From Candidatus Latescibacterota bacterium (GTDB lineage: Bacteria; Latescibacterota; UBA2968; UBA8231): 64,000 nucleotides of DNA. A model generated the notes under the pieces. It ran no database searches, had not been told where the DNA came from, and saw only the letters and a list, made by a program, of their open reading frames with translations. Made by a program: the position numbers and the translations under genes. Positions 10,240 to 19,279 of the stretch are shown here, one piece after another (the stretch's first letter is position 1; each line of letters opens with the position of its first letter). Location of the stretch: the NCBI GenBank assembly GCA_965248265.1, contig CBDFJF010000001.1, positions 2,144,001 to 2,208,000 on the forward strand, given 5' to 3'.

Positions 10240-11151
10240 ATGCAACTGCAACAAAATCGGATCGATGCGCCTGAAGAAGGCCCCAGGCTGCTGATAACAG
10301 GGGGTGTCCACGGCGATGAGTTCGAGCCGATGGCGGCGTCACGCAGGATGATCAAACTGCTGGAGTCCGGGAAAGTAAAGCTGTTACGTGGAGGACTCAC
10401 CATCGTCCCCGTGGTCAACGAAGCCGCCTTCCTGCATGGAGCCCGGGCGGCAGAGGACGGACTCGACCTGGCCCGGATCTGTCCGGGCGATGAGGATGGC
10501 ACCACGACTGAACGTACAGGGGCCGCGCTGAGCAAGCTGATCGCCGAAACCGAATATTACATCGACCTGCACACCGGCGGTACCATCATGGCAGTCGTAC
10601 CCATGACCGGTTACGGACTGCACTCGGATCCGCAGATCCTGGAGCAGCAACGCCGCATGGCGCAGGCCTTCAACCTTCCCTTCATCTGGGGTACCTGGCC
10701 GGGTCACGACGGCCGCTCCCTGTCGGTGGCGCGCGACGCCGGCATCCCCGCTATATATACAGAGTACGGCGGTGCCGCGGTTTGTGTGGCTGATGCGGTG
10801 GAAGCCTACGTCGACGGTTGCCTCAATGTCATGGGCATGCTTGGAATGATCGAGCGAGCGCAACCACGCTCTCGCGTCGAGCACGTCGTCGAAGACGATC
10901 GTCCCGATTCCGGTCACATGCAGGTGTGCTATCCGTCGCCGATGACCGGGTTCTTCGAATCCGCCGTGCGCTTGGGAGACCCGATCGTGAAGGGCGATCT
11001 TTTCGGCACGGTGTCTGATGTGCTGGGCCGCGACGTGCGTGTGGTGCCCGCCGAGCAGAGCGGCATCGTGCTGACCCTGCGCACCTTCACTCGCGTGCTG
11101 GAAGGGGATAGCCTGGGGGTCATCGTGGAGACGGCGGGTGGCCGCGGCTGA
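10240..11151 (+). CDS. Succinylglutamate desuccinylase/aspartoacylase (M14-like) family protein
   Basis: GGVHGDE, DLARICPG, IDLHTGG, YTEYGG; C-terminal lipoyl-like hairpin. Confidence 0.9.
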   Translation: MQLQQNRIDAPEEGPRLLITGGVHGDEFEPMAASRRMIKLLESGKVKLLRGGLTIVPVVNEAAFLHGARAAEDGLDLARICPGDEDGTTTERTGAALSKLIAETEYYIDLHTGGTIMAVVPMTGYGLHSDPQILEQQRRMAQAFNLPFIWGTWPGHDGRSLSVARDAGIPAIYTEYGGAAVCVADAVEAYVDGCLNVMGMLGMIERAQPRSRVEHVVEDDRPDSGHMQVCYPSPMTGFFESAVRLGDPIVKGDLFGTVSDVLGRDVRVVPAEQSGIVLTLRTFTRVLEGDSLGVIVETAGGRG

Positions 11152-12064
11152 ACCCCTCTTCCGCTTTGCCCAGATAAACGACCTGCACATGCCGGGGCCA
11201 GCGCTCGAAGCGGCGGATGAGCAAGCGAGCGAGCGCGGAGAACGAGCGCGCTGGCTCGTCAATGCCCTCCACGGCGAATCCTCCTCCTCCGAATCCCGCC
11301 TACCCCCACTCGACCTAATCCTGGGCGTCGGTGACTTCGTCCAGGGAGATGATGCCGAGTCGGCATCCACGGAACTCGACCTCTTCGCTTCGATGATGAG
11401 GGCACGCCAAGTGCCGTTCTATCCCGTGGTTGGCAATCACGACTACGAAGCAGGCAACGCCGAGGCCGAACGGCGTTTCCTGGAAGCTTGCGGTCAATCG
11501 GCGCCAAGCTATAGCTTCGAGCACCGAGGCATGGCCTTCATCATGCTCGACAACCGGCCGCTGTCGTCGCCGGAGTCGAACAGCCAGCGAATTGAATGGT
11601 TGCGGACGACCCTTGAGCAGCACGACTTGCCAAAGATCGTCTGTTGCCACATCCCCCTCATACCACTGAGGAATCAACGCAGTATGGAGCGAGCCGGGGT
11701 CGAAGGGTTCAGCCCCGGAGTGGTCGAAATGTTGGAAGTGGTGGAAGATCACTCAGACAGCCTGCTTGCCGTGCTGTCCGGCCACCTTCATCTCAGCGGA
11801 TTTCGCTGCACCCGATCGATTTTTCACATATGCATCGCCGGCACAGCGAGCTTTCCGTGCGATTTTGCCCTCTACTCCGTTTACGCTGACCGCATCGAAG
11901 TGGAGGTGCGGCAGCTGCCACTCACCCTTCTGCCGGAGCCTGCCAATTCCGGCTACAGCTCCGAGAAACTTGGGACCGACCTCGTCGACGGGGACCACGC
12001 CACCAACATCGAATTCATCATGGGGACCTACGACGAAAGGCGTTTCGTCATCTCGATGAAATGA
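11138..12064 (+). CDS. Calcineurin-like metallophosphoesterase (CpdA/Icc-like)
   Basis: All five motifs present: NDLH, GDFV, GNHD, CHIP, SGHLH. Confidence 0.88.
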   Translation: MAAAEPLFRFAQINDLHMPGPALEAADEQASERGERARWLVNALHGESSSSESRLPPLDLILGVGDFVQGDDAESASTELDLFASMMRARQVPFYPVVGNHDYEAGNAEAERRFLEACGQSAPSYSFEHRGMAFIMLDNRPLSSPESNSQRIEWLRTTLEQHDLPKIVCCHIPLIPLRNQRSMERAGVEGFSPGVVEMLEVVEDHSDSLLAVLSGHLHLSGFRCTRSIFHICIAGTASFPCDFALYSVYADRIEVEVRQLPLTLLPEPANSGYSSEKLGTDLVDGDHATNIEFIMGTYDERRFVISMK

Positions 12065-12172
12065 AGGGCACCCGCGACGCAGGTGCTCCGATTTCCCTTG
12101 GTATCTGAGGCCATAGTGTATATTGTTGGTCCCACCCCTGGATCCACGGCACGAATCTTTGTGAGGAATAGT

Positions 12173-13114
12173 ATGGCTGGCGAACGCGGTAACTCGGCTT
12201 TGGTCCAGATCATCAAGAAGATCCCGGTGTTCGAGCAGCTGTCTCCGAACCAGGTGCAGAAACTGCTGTCGATCTGCGTCTCAAAGACCTGTGACGCCGA
12301 TGATGTGCTGTGCGCTCACGGCACCCCCAGCGATGAGATGTTCGTGTTGATTTCGGGGGAACTCGCCATCGTCACCCCTGACGGTACCCGTGTGGCGACG
12401 GTGAAGCCGGTCACGACCGTAGGTGAGATGGGATTGGTGACGCGGCAGACGCGCGCGGCCACCGTGCAGGCGACCAAGCCGACCAAGGTGCTCGTCCTCA
12501 ACAAGAGCCAATTCGAAAACCTGCTGCGCAACGACCCCAGCGTGCAAGCGAGAGTCTACCGCAATATCATCGGCATTCTTTCAGACCGGATCGTCAACGA
12601 CAACGTGCGCATGCGCGACCACCTTGTCGAACAGGTCCGATTCGAAAAGCGCGTCAAGGAGGAAAAACGCCGCACCGACATCGTCCTGGACATGTTAACC
12701 GAGAATACCGACATCGCGCGCGAAGAGGCTCAATCCCGGGTGGACGACCAGATGATGGAGTCACCCGCTTTTACCGTCCTGATCGTTGACGATGAACCCG
12801 AGGTCCGGGATTTCGTCACCCGTGCGTTGTCACAGTACGACGTGGTCCAGGCCAGCGGTGGCACGGATGCTCTTGAAGTCGTGCAGCAAGCAAGCCCCGA
12901 TCTGGTCCTCGCTGATATCAAAATGCCAGACATGGATGGATTCGCGCTGTTGGGCAAATTGCGTGAGTCGAATCCCGGCCTGCCGGTCGTAGCCATCTCC
13001 GGCTACGCTCAGGAAATAGACATCGACGAACACGACTTCGACGGATTCATTCAAAAGCCGGTCGATCTCGAGAGTTTCCGCTTGACTGTGGAGAAGTCGC
13101 TGTCCCGGGACTAG
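12173..13114 (+). CDS. Cyclic-nucleotide-binding domain + C-terminal REC protein, paralog 1
   Basis: IPVFEQLS, MFVLISGEL, phosphate-binding cassette GEMGLVTRQTRAATV; REC VLIVDDE, LADIKMPDMDG, FIQKP. GAGGA SD before ATG 12173. Confidence 0.9.
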   Translation: MAGERGNSALVQIIKKIPVFEQLSPNQVQKLLSICVSKTCDADDVLCAHGTPSDEMFVLISGELAIVTPDGTRVATVKPVTTVGEMGLVTRQTRAATVQATKPTKVLVLNKSQFENLLRNDPSVQARVYRNIIGILSDRIVNDNVRMRDHLVEQVRFEKRVKEEKRRTDIVLDMLTENTDIAREEAQSRVDDQMMESPAFTVLIVDDEPEVRDFVTRALSQYDVVQASGGTDALEVVQQASPDLVLADIKMPDMDGFALLGKLRESNPGLPVVAISGYAQEIDIDEHDFDGFIQKPVDLESFRLTVEKSLSRD

Positions 13115-13344
13115 GACGCTAGACCCGCTCCGACGCTGGTCGAAATCTCACACCACCACCGCATCAAGATGCGTTCCACCTGGTTATCTCTTTCCCAGAT
13201 TCGTTGCATATTTCGCCCAGCAGGTGCCTGGATTTTTTCTTGGCGTGCAGAATTCGCATGACTATCCTTGAAAAGCAGGGCAGCAGAGATTCGCCTCCCC
13301 CTGCACCGCAGACGCTGTACATATGGAGATGATTGAGGAGCGAA

Positions 13345-14280
13345 ATGGCAGGAGAGCGTAGTTCAGCCCTGATTCAAATCATCGGGAAGATCCCGATCTT
13401 TCAGCAGCTCGCACCCAATCAGGTCCAGAAACTGTTGGGGATTTGCGTGGCGAGAACCTGCGAGACCGACGAGGTCTTGTGCGCCCACGGCACCTTCAGT
13501 GAGGAAATGTTCGTGTTGATCTCGGGAGAGTTGACCGTCGAGGCCCCCGACGGCGCTGAACTTGCGACCGTCAAGCCGGTGACTACGGTCGGCGAAATGG
13601 GGTTGGTGACAAAACAGGAACGCACCGCCACGATCAAAGCCAGCAAACCGACTCGCGTGCTGGTGCTGCAGAAAAGCAGATTCGAGAATCTGCTGCGGGG
13701 TGATATCGCGGCACAGGCGAGAATCTATCGCAATATCATCGGCATCCTGTCAGACAGGATAGTGAACGACAATACCAGAATGCGCGATCATCTTGTCGAG
13801 CAGGTACAGCAGGAAGAGCGCGTCTCGGAACAGAGCCGCAGGTCGGACATGGCGATAAAGATGCTGGCCAAGGAGGCCGGCATCCCTCAACAGGAGGCCG
13901 AGACCCGCGTCGACAGTGAGTTGGCTGAGACGAGCGCCTTCACGGTACTCGTCGTCGACGACGAGCCCCAGATCCGCAGCTTCCTCACACGCGCACTATC
14001 CCAATACAAAGTGGTCGAGGCCGGCGATGGCAACGAGGCGCTCGAGATCATCCAGAGCACCACACCTGACCTCGTTATCGCCGACATCAGAATGCCGGAC
14101 ATGGATGGCTTTGCCTTGTTGGGCAAGCTGCGCGAATCAGACCCCAACGTGCCGGTTGTCGCGATTTCTGGATTCGTTTCAGAAGAGGATGTCATCGAGT
14201 ATGATTTCGATGGGTTCCTTCCCAAACCCATCGATCTCGAGACCATGATGCAGACAGTCGAGAAGTCACTGTCTCGCTGA
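13345..14280 (+). CDS. Cyclic-nucleotide-binding domain + C-terminal REC protein, paralog 2
   Basis: Collinear with paralog 1; cassette GEMGLVTKQERTATI; REC VLVVDDE, IADIRMPDMDG, FLPKP. GAGGAG SD. Confidence 0.9.
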   Translation: MAGERSSALIQIIGKIPIFQQLAPNQVQKLLGICVARTCETDEVLCAHGTFSEEMFVLISGELTVEAPDGAELATVKPVTTVGEMGLVTKQERTATIKASKPTRVLVLQKSRFENLLRGDIAAQARIYRNIIGILSDRIVNDNTRMRDHLVEQVQQEERVSEQSRRSDMAIKMLAKEAGIPQQEAETRVDSELAETSAFTVLVVDDEPQIRSFLTRALSQYKVVEAGDGNEALEIIQSTTPDLVIADIRMPDMDGFALLGKLRESDPNVPVVAISGFVSEEDVIEYDFDGFLPKPIDLETMMQTVEKSLSR

Positions 14281-14313
14281 CGAAAACCCTACTCCGCCGC
14301 TATTTCTATTGCA

Positions 14314-14787
14314 CTATGGGGCCGGTCCCGGCTCCTGGCTTTCGCCAGACGGGGCGCTGTCGCGCTCTTGTTGTGCTTGTGCTTCCGCCGCCGCCGCGGC
14401 ATCTGCATCTGCTTTTGCCTTCGCAGCGTCCTGCGCCTGAACCACAAGCTCGACGTTGGAGAGCCGCTCGTCGAGAGCCTTCAAGCGTTTCATCGTCGAA
14501 TTGGAGTGCCTGACGGACAGCAAATCTGAAGGTTCTGGCATTGCATGGTCTTCCTCGAGCTCCAGCATCTCACGCTCAAGGCCAATGAGTAGTTGACCGT
14601 TGAAGAACAAACTCATGCTGAGTCGTCGAAGATTGTCGATCCGCAGCCGGGCATTGTGACTCTTCTTTACCAGGGACTCGACCTTGTCCAGCGTTTCTGC
14701 CATGCGACGACGCTTGCGGTCCATGTCGTACAGCATGAGGCCCACCAGTGCCAAAGCGCCAATGATGGCGAAGAAAATGGTTGTCAC
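14314..14787 (-). CDS. Hypothetical membrane-anchored coiled-coil protein
   Basis: N-terminal hydrophobic helix followed by RKRRR, helical heptads and an Ala/Gln-rich tail; GGGAG SD. Confidence 0.7.
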   Translation of the reverse strand: MTTIFFAIIGALALVGLMLYDMDRKRRRMAETLDKVESLVKKSHNARLRIDNLRRLSMSLFFNGQLLIGLEREMLELEEDHAMPEPSDLLSVRHSNSTMKRLKALDERLSNVELVVQAQDAAKAKADADAAAAAEAQAQQERDSAPSGESQEPGPAP

Positions 14788-15001
14788 TTCGGCACCGTGC
14801 TCCCTTGTGTGCGGGGGTAAATCAGATATTCAAGAAGGGGTTGGTCTGAGGAGTTGTTCTTACAAATCACAGGCTTTGAGTCGGTTTCCGCAAACGGTTT
14901 CAGCAAACGTGTTCGTTGACTCTTGCTAGCCAGGACCTCCGTATTATTACGGATAGGCGCATGGTGCGTCAAGCTTGGGGCAACGCTGACAAATCAATAA
15001 C

Positions 15002-15014
15002 AATCAATCTGTTA
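15002..15014 (+). promoter_or_regulatory. IHF-consensus site in divergent intergenic region
   Basis: AATCAATCTGTTA matches WATCAANNNNTTR, with an A-rich 5' flank, in a GC-rich genome. Confidence 0.4.
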
Positions 15015-15197
15015 CGAAATCCGCACGACACCGATTCACTGATTTTTGTAGCAAAAATGGACAAGAGTCATACGGAAACGCCAAGTTGATCCGGCCTTTG
15101 GGAAGAGCGGCTTGCCCATGGGCGCCTAGAGATCGAAGATATAGGGGTCCGGGCGGAATATCGACTGTATCACAGGAAGGTCTGCCTCCATCACCAT

Positions 15198-16535
15198 ATG
15201 AAACAAGTCGTTCATACCGAGCGCGAGTTCGCCCTCATTATCCGCCAGGCTCCGGATCCACCGCCGGTCATGCTCGTCTACCTGCGGCTGTTGCTCAATC
15301 ACCTGTACGGCCTGGAAATCCTCAACGGCCAGAAACTCCCCGACGTTGCCTCATTGGTCATGGAACATGGGCACAGCGTGCGCAGCATATTCCTGATTCA
15401 AAACGAGGAGATTTCGAGCCGCAACACCATCTCCGCGTTGAGCCAGAGAGGCAACCTGCCCGTCGTCCTCGTCATGCCGCCGCACCTGGCACAAGGCCAC
15501 GTCGCCATTTGTCAGGGTATGAAGAACGTATTCATTTGCGATTGGGATAAAGCCGTCGGCAACGCTGACACCTCCCTCCAGACCATAGTAGCTGGCGCCT
15601 TCGAAGCGCAGGGAATCGTCAAGCTGCCAACCGACGATGGCGAGCTGCCGCATGGGTTGCTGAAGAAACGCATTCAACAGCGACTCAAGTTCGGTGACAC
15701 ACTCCCCACGCTGCCGGAAATCGTCCTCCGTATCACACAAATGCTGGCCGATCCCCGCACCACGGCCGACGACCTCGAGGAGGTTATAAGCACCGACCAC
15801 GCCATCGTCCACAGACTCCTGCACGTGGTCAAGTCCTCCGTGTTCCAGGGAACACGGACGGATGGGCACTGGACGCTGAAGGAGGCCATCGTGCGCCTGG
15901 GGTCGAAACAGGTGGGGGCCGTAGCCCAGCAAGTCAAGCTCATCAACAGCCTGGTGCGGCCGGAGAACAGCCAATTCAACATCCGCCGGTTCTGGGAACA
16001 CTCTGTCGGTTGCGCCATTATCGCCGACAAGCTCTACGCCGACAAGCTGATTCCGATGAACACGAAGCTGGAGTTCGATCTCTACTGGATCGCTGCCCTC
16101 CTGCACGACGTCGGCAAGCTGATCCTTGGTTTTTTCGCCTGGGACTACTTCCAGGCGGTGATCGCCCGCATGCGAGAGGGCAATACCTCCTTCCAGCGCG
16201 CCGAAGAGCGCCTCGGACACGAAGTCACCCACGAGCATATTGGCCAGCTGTTGATGTTGAACTCCGATGCCGACAAACAGCTGGTGCAGGTTGCCGGCAA
16301 CCACAACAGTACCGGGGCCCAGCCAACGCCGCTCGTATCCTTGATCCACGTGGCGGACAACCTGGCCAAGGACTTCGGCATGGGATACCTGGAGGACGAA
16401 AGAGGGATCTATAACTCGTCCGTTTTGGTGACGCTGGGGATAACCAGAAAAGACATAGACAGCATTCGCGCCTCGATGGGCGACAGCATGGTGCGGGAAG
16501 TGCGCGAAATCGTCAGCAGATGCCTCCGGAGCTGA
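15198..16535 (+). CDS. HDOD domain signalling protein with unknown N-terminal domain
   Basis: LPTLPEIVLRI, TLKEAIVRLG, FWEHSVGCA, ALLHDVGKL, THEHIG. Confidence 0.9.
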   Translation: MKQVVHTEREFALIIRQAPDPPPVMLVYLRLLLNHLYGLEILNGQKLPDVASLVMEHGHSVRSIFLIQNEEISSRNTISALSQRGNLPVVLVMPPHLAQGHVAICQGMKNVFICDWDKAVGNADTSLQTIVAGAFEAQGIVKLPTDDGELPHGLLKKRIQQRLKFGDTLPTLPEIVLRITQMLADPRTTADDLEEVISTDHAIVHRLLHVVKSSVFQGTRTDGHWTLKEAIVRLGSKQVGAVAQQVKLINSLVRPENSQFNIRRFWEHSVGCAIIADKLYADKLIPMNTKLEFDLYWIAALLHDVGKLILGFFAWDYFQAVIARMREGNTSFQRAEERLGHEVTHEHIGQLLMLNSDADKQLVQVAGNHNSTGAQPTPLVSLIHVADNLAKDFGMGYLEDERGIYNSSVLVTLGITRKDIDSIRASMGDSMVREVREIVSRCLRS

Positions 16536-16536
16536 G

Positions 16537-16557
16537 ACGCGACCGACACCTCCACTA
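16537..16557 (+). repeat. 21-bp direct repeat, copy 1
   Basis: ACGCGACCGACACCTCCACTA, 20/21 identical to 17812-17832. Confidence 0.85.
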
Positions 16558-17529
16558 GATCACGACACGCCCACCCTCCGCCGCAGCCCTTTCAGCCCCC
16601 GCACTGATACGCGAAGAATCAAGCGATCGTTCAAGATCCTCGCGCCACAGTTCCTGCTCACCCAGAACCTCTTGCAGAAACATCTCCTCCATGCTCGCCG
16701 AAGCTTGCTCCTCCGCTTCAACAGCCTCTACACCGTCCGAAGTCGATCGCATCCACCCAGTGCCAGCTTCATTCATCAACGTGCCTTCCCCAAGCACGAG
16801 GCGCTGATACTGCTCGGCCTCGACAATCGGTACGCCTCCAGCCCAGGTCCAGTGAGCCTGACCCCCGCCCACAAACCCGACCGTCACCGTGTTGACGAAG
16901 CGCTCGTAGCGCCCGTCATCGCCAAGCCCAATGTAATCCGCATACCCTTCGACCCATTCCGCCGGCCCAAACAGATCCACGAGCGGGTAAATCTGGTAGA
17001 TAAAGAACAGGGCCGGCGGCCCTGACACCTCAAGATTGAACAGCATCTCCGGACGTGCACCTCGACCAGGCGTCAACCGCACGAAGAGAGCCGTCAGCAA
17101 CGGACCCATCGAAGACACCGCTCGTTTGAGCCCGCGATGCCTGGAGGAGTAGGATTCGTTGTGGGCGACCCTCAATACTCGATCGGAGTCCTGCGCCAAC
17201 TGCACCAGTCGTTCGCCGTCCTCCAGATGCCGCGCCAGCGGGTACTCCAGGAACACATGCTTGCCGGCCTCAAGCGCCGCGCATGCCATATCCGCATGGC
17301 TGTCGTTGTTCGTGCACACAGCGACAGCATCCACGTCATCTCGCTGAACAAGCTCCTGCCAGTTGACGGCAAGCGTCAAGCTGTGCTTGCCCGCAAGCTC
17401 CGTACCCGTCTCCGGGTTCCGTGCCGCCAACGCCACCAACTCACAGCCATCCAGACTCGAGAATGTCGCCGCCCTCGACCCTGCCATCCCACCCGAGCCC
17501 ACGATGCCAACGCGGATAGGTTCAGCCAT
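16555..17529 (-). CDS. Gfo/Idh/MocA family oxidoreductase
   Basis: RVGIVGSGGMA, DVDAVAVCT..H, ALEAGKHVFLEYPLA. Confidence 0.92.
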   Translation of the reverse strand: MAEPIRVGIVGSGGMAGSRAATFSSLDGCELVALAARNPETGTELAGKHSLTLAVNWQELVQRDDVDAVAVCTNNDSHADMACAALEAGKHVFLEYPLARHLEDGERLVQLAQDSDRVLRVAHNESYSSRHRGLKRAVSSMGPLLTALFVRLTPGRGARPEMLFNLEVSGPPALFFIYQIYPLVDLFGPAEWVEGYADYIGLGDDGRYERFVNTVTVGFVGGGQAHWTWAGGVPIVEAEQYQRLVLGEGTLMNEAGTGWMRSTSDGVEAVEAEEQASASMEEMFLQEVLGEQELWREDLERSLDSSRISAGAERAAAEGGRVVI

Positions 17530-17609
17530 TCGTCCACCTTATCGTTTTGTTGAACCGACAGCGTTTTGTCCCATAAGCTGCGATCTTGGGTTGTCTTTTG
17601 ACCTGCGGT

Positions 17610-17690
17610 CCATGGGGTGGTAATTCGGGTTTGGTTGGGTTGGGTTCGGGTTGGTTTTGGTTGATCGGTTTGCTTTTGCTTTGATTGGTT
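17610..17690 (+). repeat. G/T-rich low-complexity tract with canonical G-quadruplex motif
   Basis: GGG-TTTGGTT-GGG-TT-GGG-TTC-GGG at 17627-17650, then GGTT/GCTTTT iterations. Confidence 0.75.
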
Positions 17691-17832
17691 TGTCGGTCGC
17701 GTGTTGTGGCGAAGCGTCGTCTGTTGGTCTGCGCAGCAGGACCGCGTAGCGGACCAACAGTCGATCCGAAGGGAGCCAGGATGGCTCCCTTCGGTTTAGC
17801 GCAGCCACAACACGCGACCGGCACCTCCACTA
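17691..17832. repeat. Nested palindromic (REP/MITE-like) element, includes direct repeat copy 2
   Basis: 20-bp outer inverted repeat 17691-17710/17804-17823 (19/20). Inner stems CTGTTGGTC/GACCAACAG and perfect 13-bp CCGAAGGGAGCCA-GGA-TGGCTCCCTTCGG. Confidence 0.85.
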
Positions 17833-18660
17833 TAAATCACGCTCCACAGAATCCCGCGACCTAAAAAACGGATACACAATGCGCCCAACCAGCCCAGTAG
17901 GAAACCGCTCCATCCCAACAAACCCCAACTTCGGAGGTTGCTCCTCCTCTGGCCGATAAGCCGTACCAAAGAGCCAATCCCACACACAGAACAAGATGCC
18001 AAAGTTCTGTCCCGCGGCTTTTCCATGCGACACAACATCGTGATGCCACACATGAAAGCGGGGTGAGTTCACGACCTTTGTTAGTGGCCCCCAACCGAAG
18101 TTCAGATTCGAATGATTGATGTGTCCGATCAGCGTCCCAACCACGGCCACCCACAGGATTACACGACCTTCTACGCCCAGCAGCACCAGCGGCAGGTAGG
18201 TCAGTCCCTTGTAGACGACGATCTCCATCCAATGAAACCGCATGTTGCCGATCCAGTCCAGCTCTTCGATCGAGTGATGCAGCTTATGAAACTCCCACAG
18301 CCACGGCAGCCCGTGAAGGAGCCGGTGAACCCCGTACTCGACCAAATCCTTGGCCACGAGAAAGACCACGAACTGCATCCACGCCGGCTGTGTCGTCAAC
18401 AACTGCGCCGCTTCCGGTGACGGCAACGGCCAGCCCCCGATGGCAACGCCGGCACGGCCGATCAACCATGCGGCGATGTGCGCGATCAGAACTCCGGCAT
18501 AGTGGCCGTTGAACACCAGCCAGAACAGATCCTGCCCGAACTGATCTCGCCAGGCGCGCTGTGGTCGCCACGGCGCGAGACGTTCGAGAACCCAGCACAG
18601 CAGTGACACCACCAGTAACCAGAAGAAATAGTTTCGCGTGTCCCAGATCAGATGCAGCAC
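17830..18660 (-). CDS. Sterol desaturase / fatty-acid hydroxylase superfamily membrane protein
   Basis: His boxes HRLLH, HKLHH, HINH, HVWHH; QNFGILFCVWDWLFGT. GTG 18660 has a GGAGA SD; ORF track start is 18687. Confidence 0.9.
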   Translation of the reverse strand: MLHLIWDTRNYFFWLLVVSLLCWVLERLAPWRPQRAWRDQFGQDLFWLVFNGHYAGVLIAHIAAWLIGRAGVAIGGWPLPSPEAAQLLTTQPAWMQFVVFLVAKDLVEYGVHRLLHGLPWLWEFHKLHHSIEELDWIGNMRFHWMEIVVYKGLTYLPLVLLGVEGRVILWVAVVGTLIGHINHSNLNFGWGPLTKVVNSPRFHVWHHDVVSHGKAAGQNFGILFCVWDWLFGTAYRPEEEQPPKLGFVGMERFPTGLVGRIVYPFFRSRDSVERDL

Positions 18661-18661
18661 T

Positions 18662-19279
18662 TCACTTCTCCGAATTGTCAGCGACACTGTCGGCGGCGGC
18701 CGGTGTCGCCGTCAATCCCTGCCGTTCATTGACGAACACACCCCAGACCCGATCGTAGGGGTGAATGGCGTCAGTGGTGTCGGCGGCATCGTGGACGACG
18801 CGGCCCTCGTTATACCAGCGGAAGACACCGCCGCGCAGGTTGGCTACCGACAGTGCACCGGCCTCCACGGCGCTCCCGCGTACGCGCTCTGCCATCACCG
18901 AACTGCGGTAGCCGACGGAGCAGTAGAAGACCAGATGTTTGCCCTCTACCTTGTCGCCGAATTGCGTCTCGAATGCGCTGGCCTCTGTATCGGGCGCCAG
19001 GCGCTGGGCGCCGCGAACATGGCTGCGCTCGAATTCTGCCGGCTCTCGGACATCGAACAACAGATAGTCCGAGGAATCGACCGATGCGAGAGCAGCGGCG
19101 AGATCCTTCGTGGAGGTCTCGTCCACCGAAAACTGGACGGCAATAGCTGCCTCCACGGCTATAAGTGGATCCTCGACAGCGGCAAGCGCATCCTCCGTGG
19201 CGCCGGCCGACAACGCCTGTAGTACGGCAAGGGATATCAAGGCGCCGCTCGCGCGAATAATGGCAAGCCAACGCATCAT
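18662..19279 (-). CDS. Exported rhodanese-like domain protein
   Basis: Signal-like N-terminus MMRWLAII...; DVREPAEFERSHVRGA, VFYCSVGYRS, NLRGGVFRW. ATGA overlap with the upstream gene. Confidence 0.88.
   Translation of the reverse strand: MMRWLAIIRASGALISLAVLQALSAGATEDALAAVEDPLIAVEAAIAVQFSVDETSTKDLAAALASVDSSDYLLFDVREPAEFERSHVRGAQRLAPDTEASAFETQFGDKVEGKHLVFYCSVGYRSSVMAERVRGSAVEAGALSVANLRGGVFRWYNEGRVVHDAADTTDAIHPYDRVWGVFVNERQGLTATPAAADSVADNSEK

Noticed and set aside
17691-17832. Integron attC site
   Set aside because: Lacks RYYYAAC/GTTRRRY ends, and there is no intI or cassette array.
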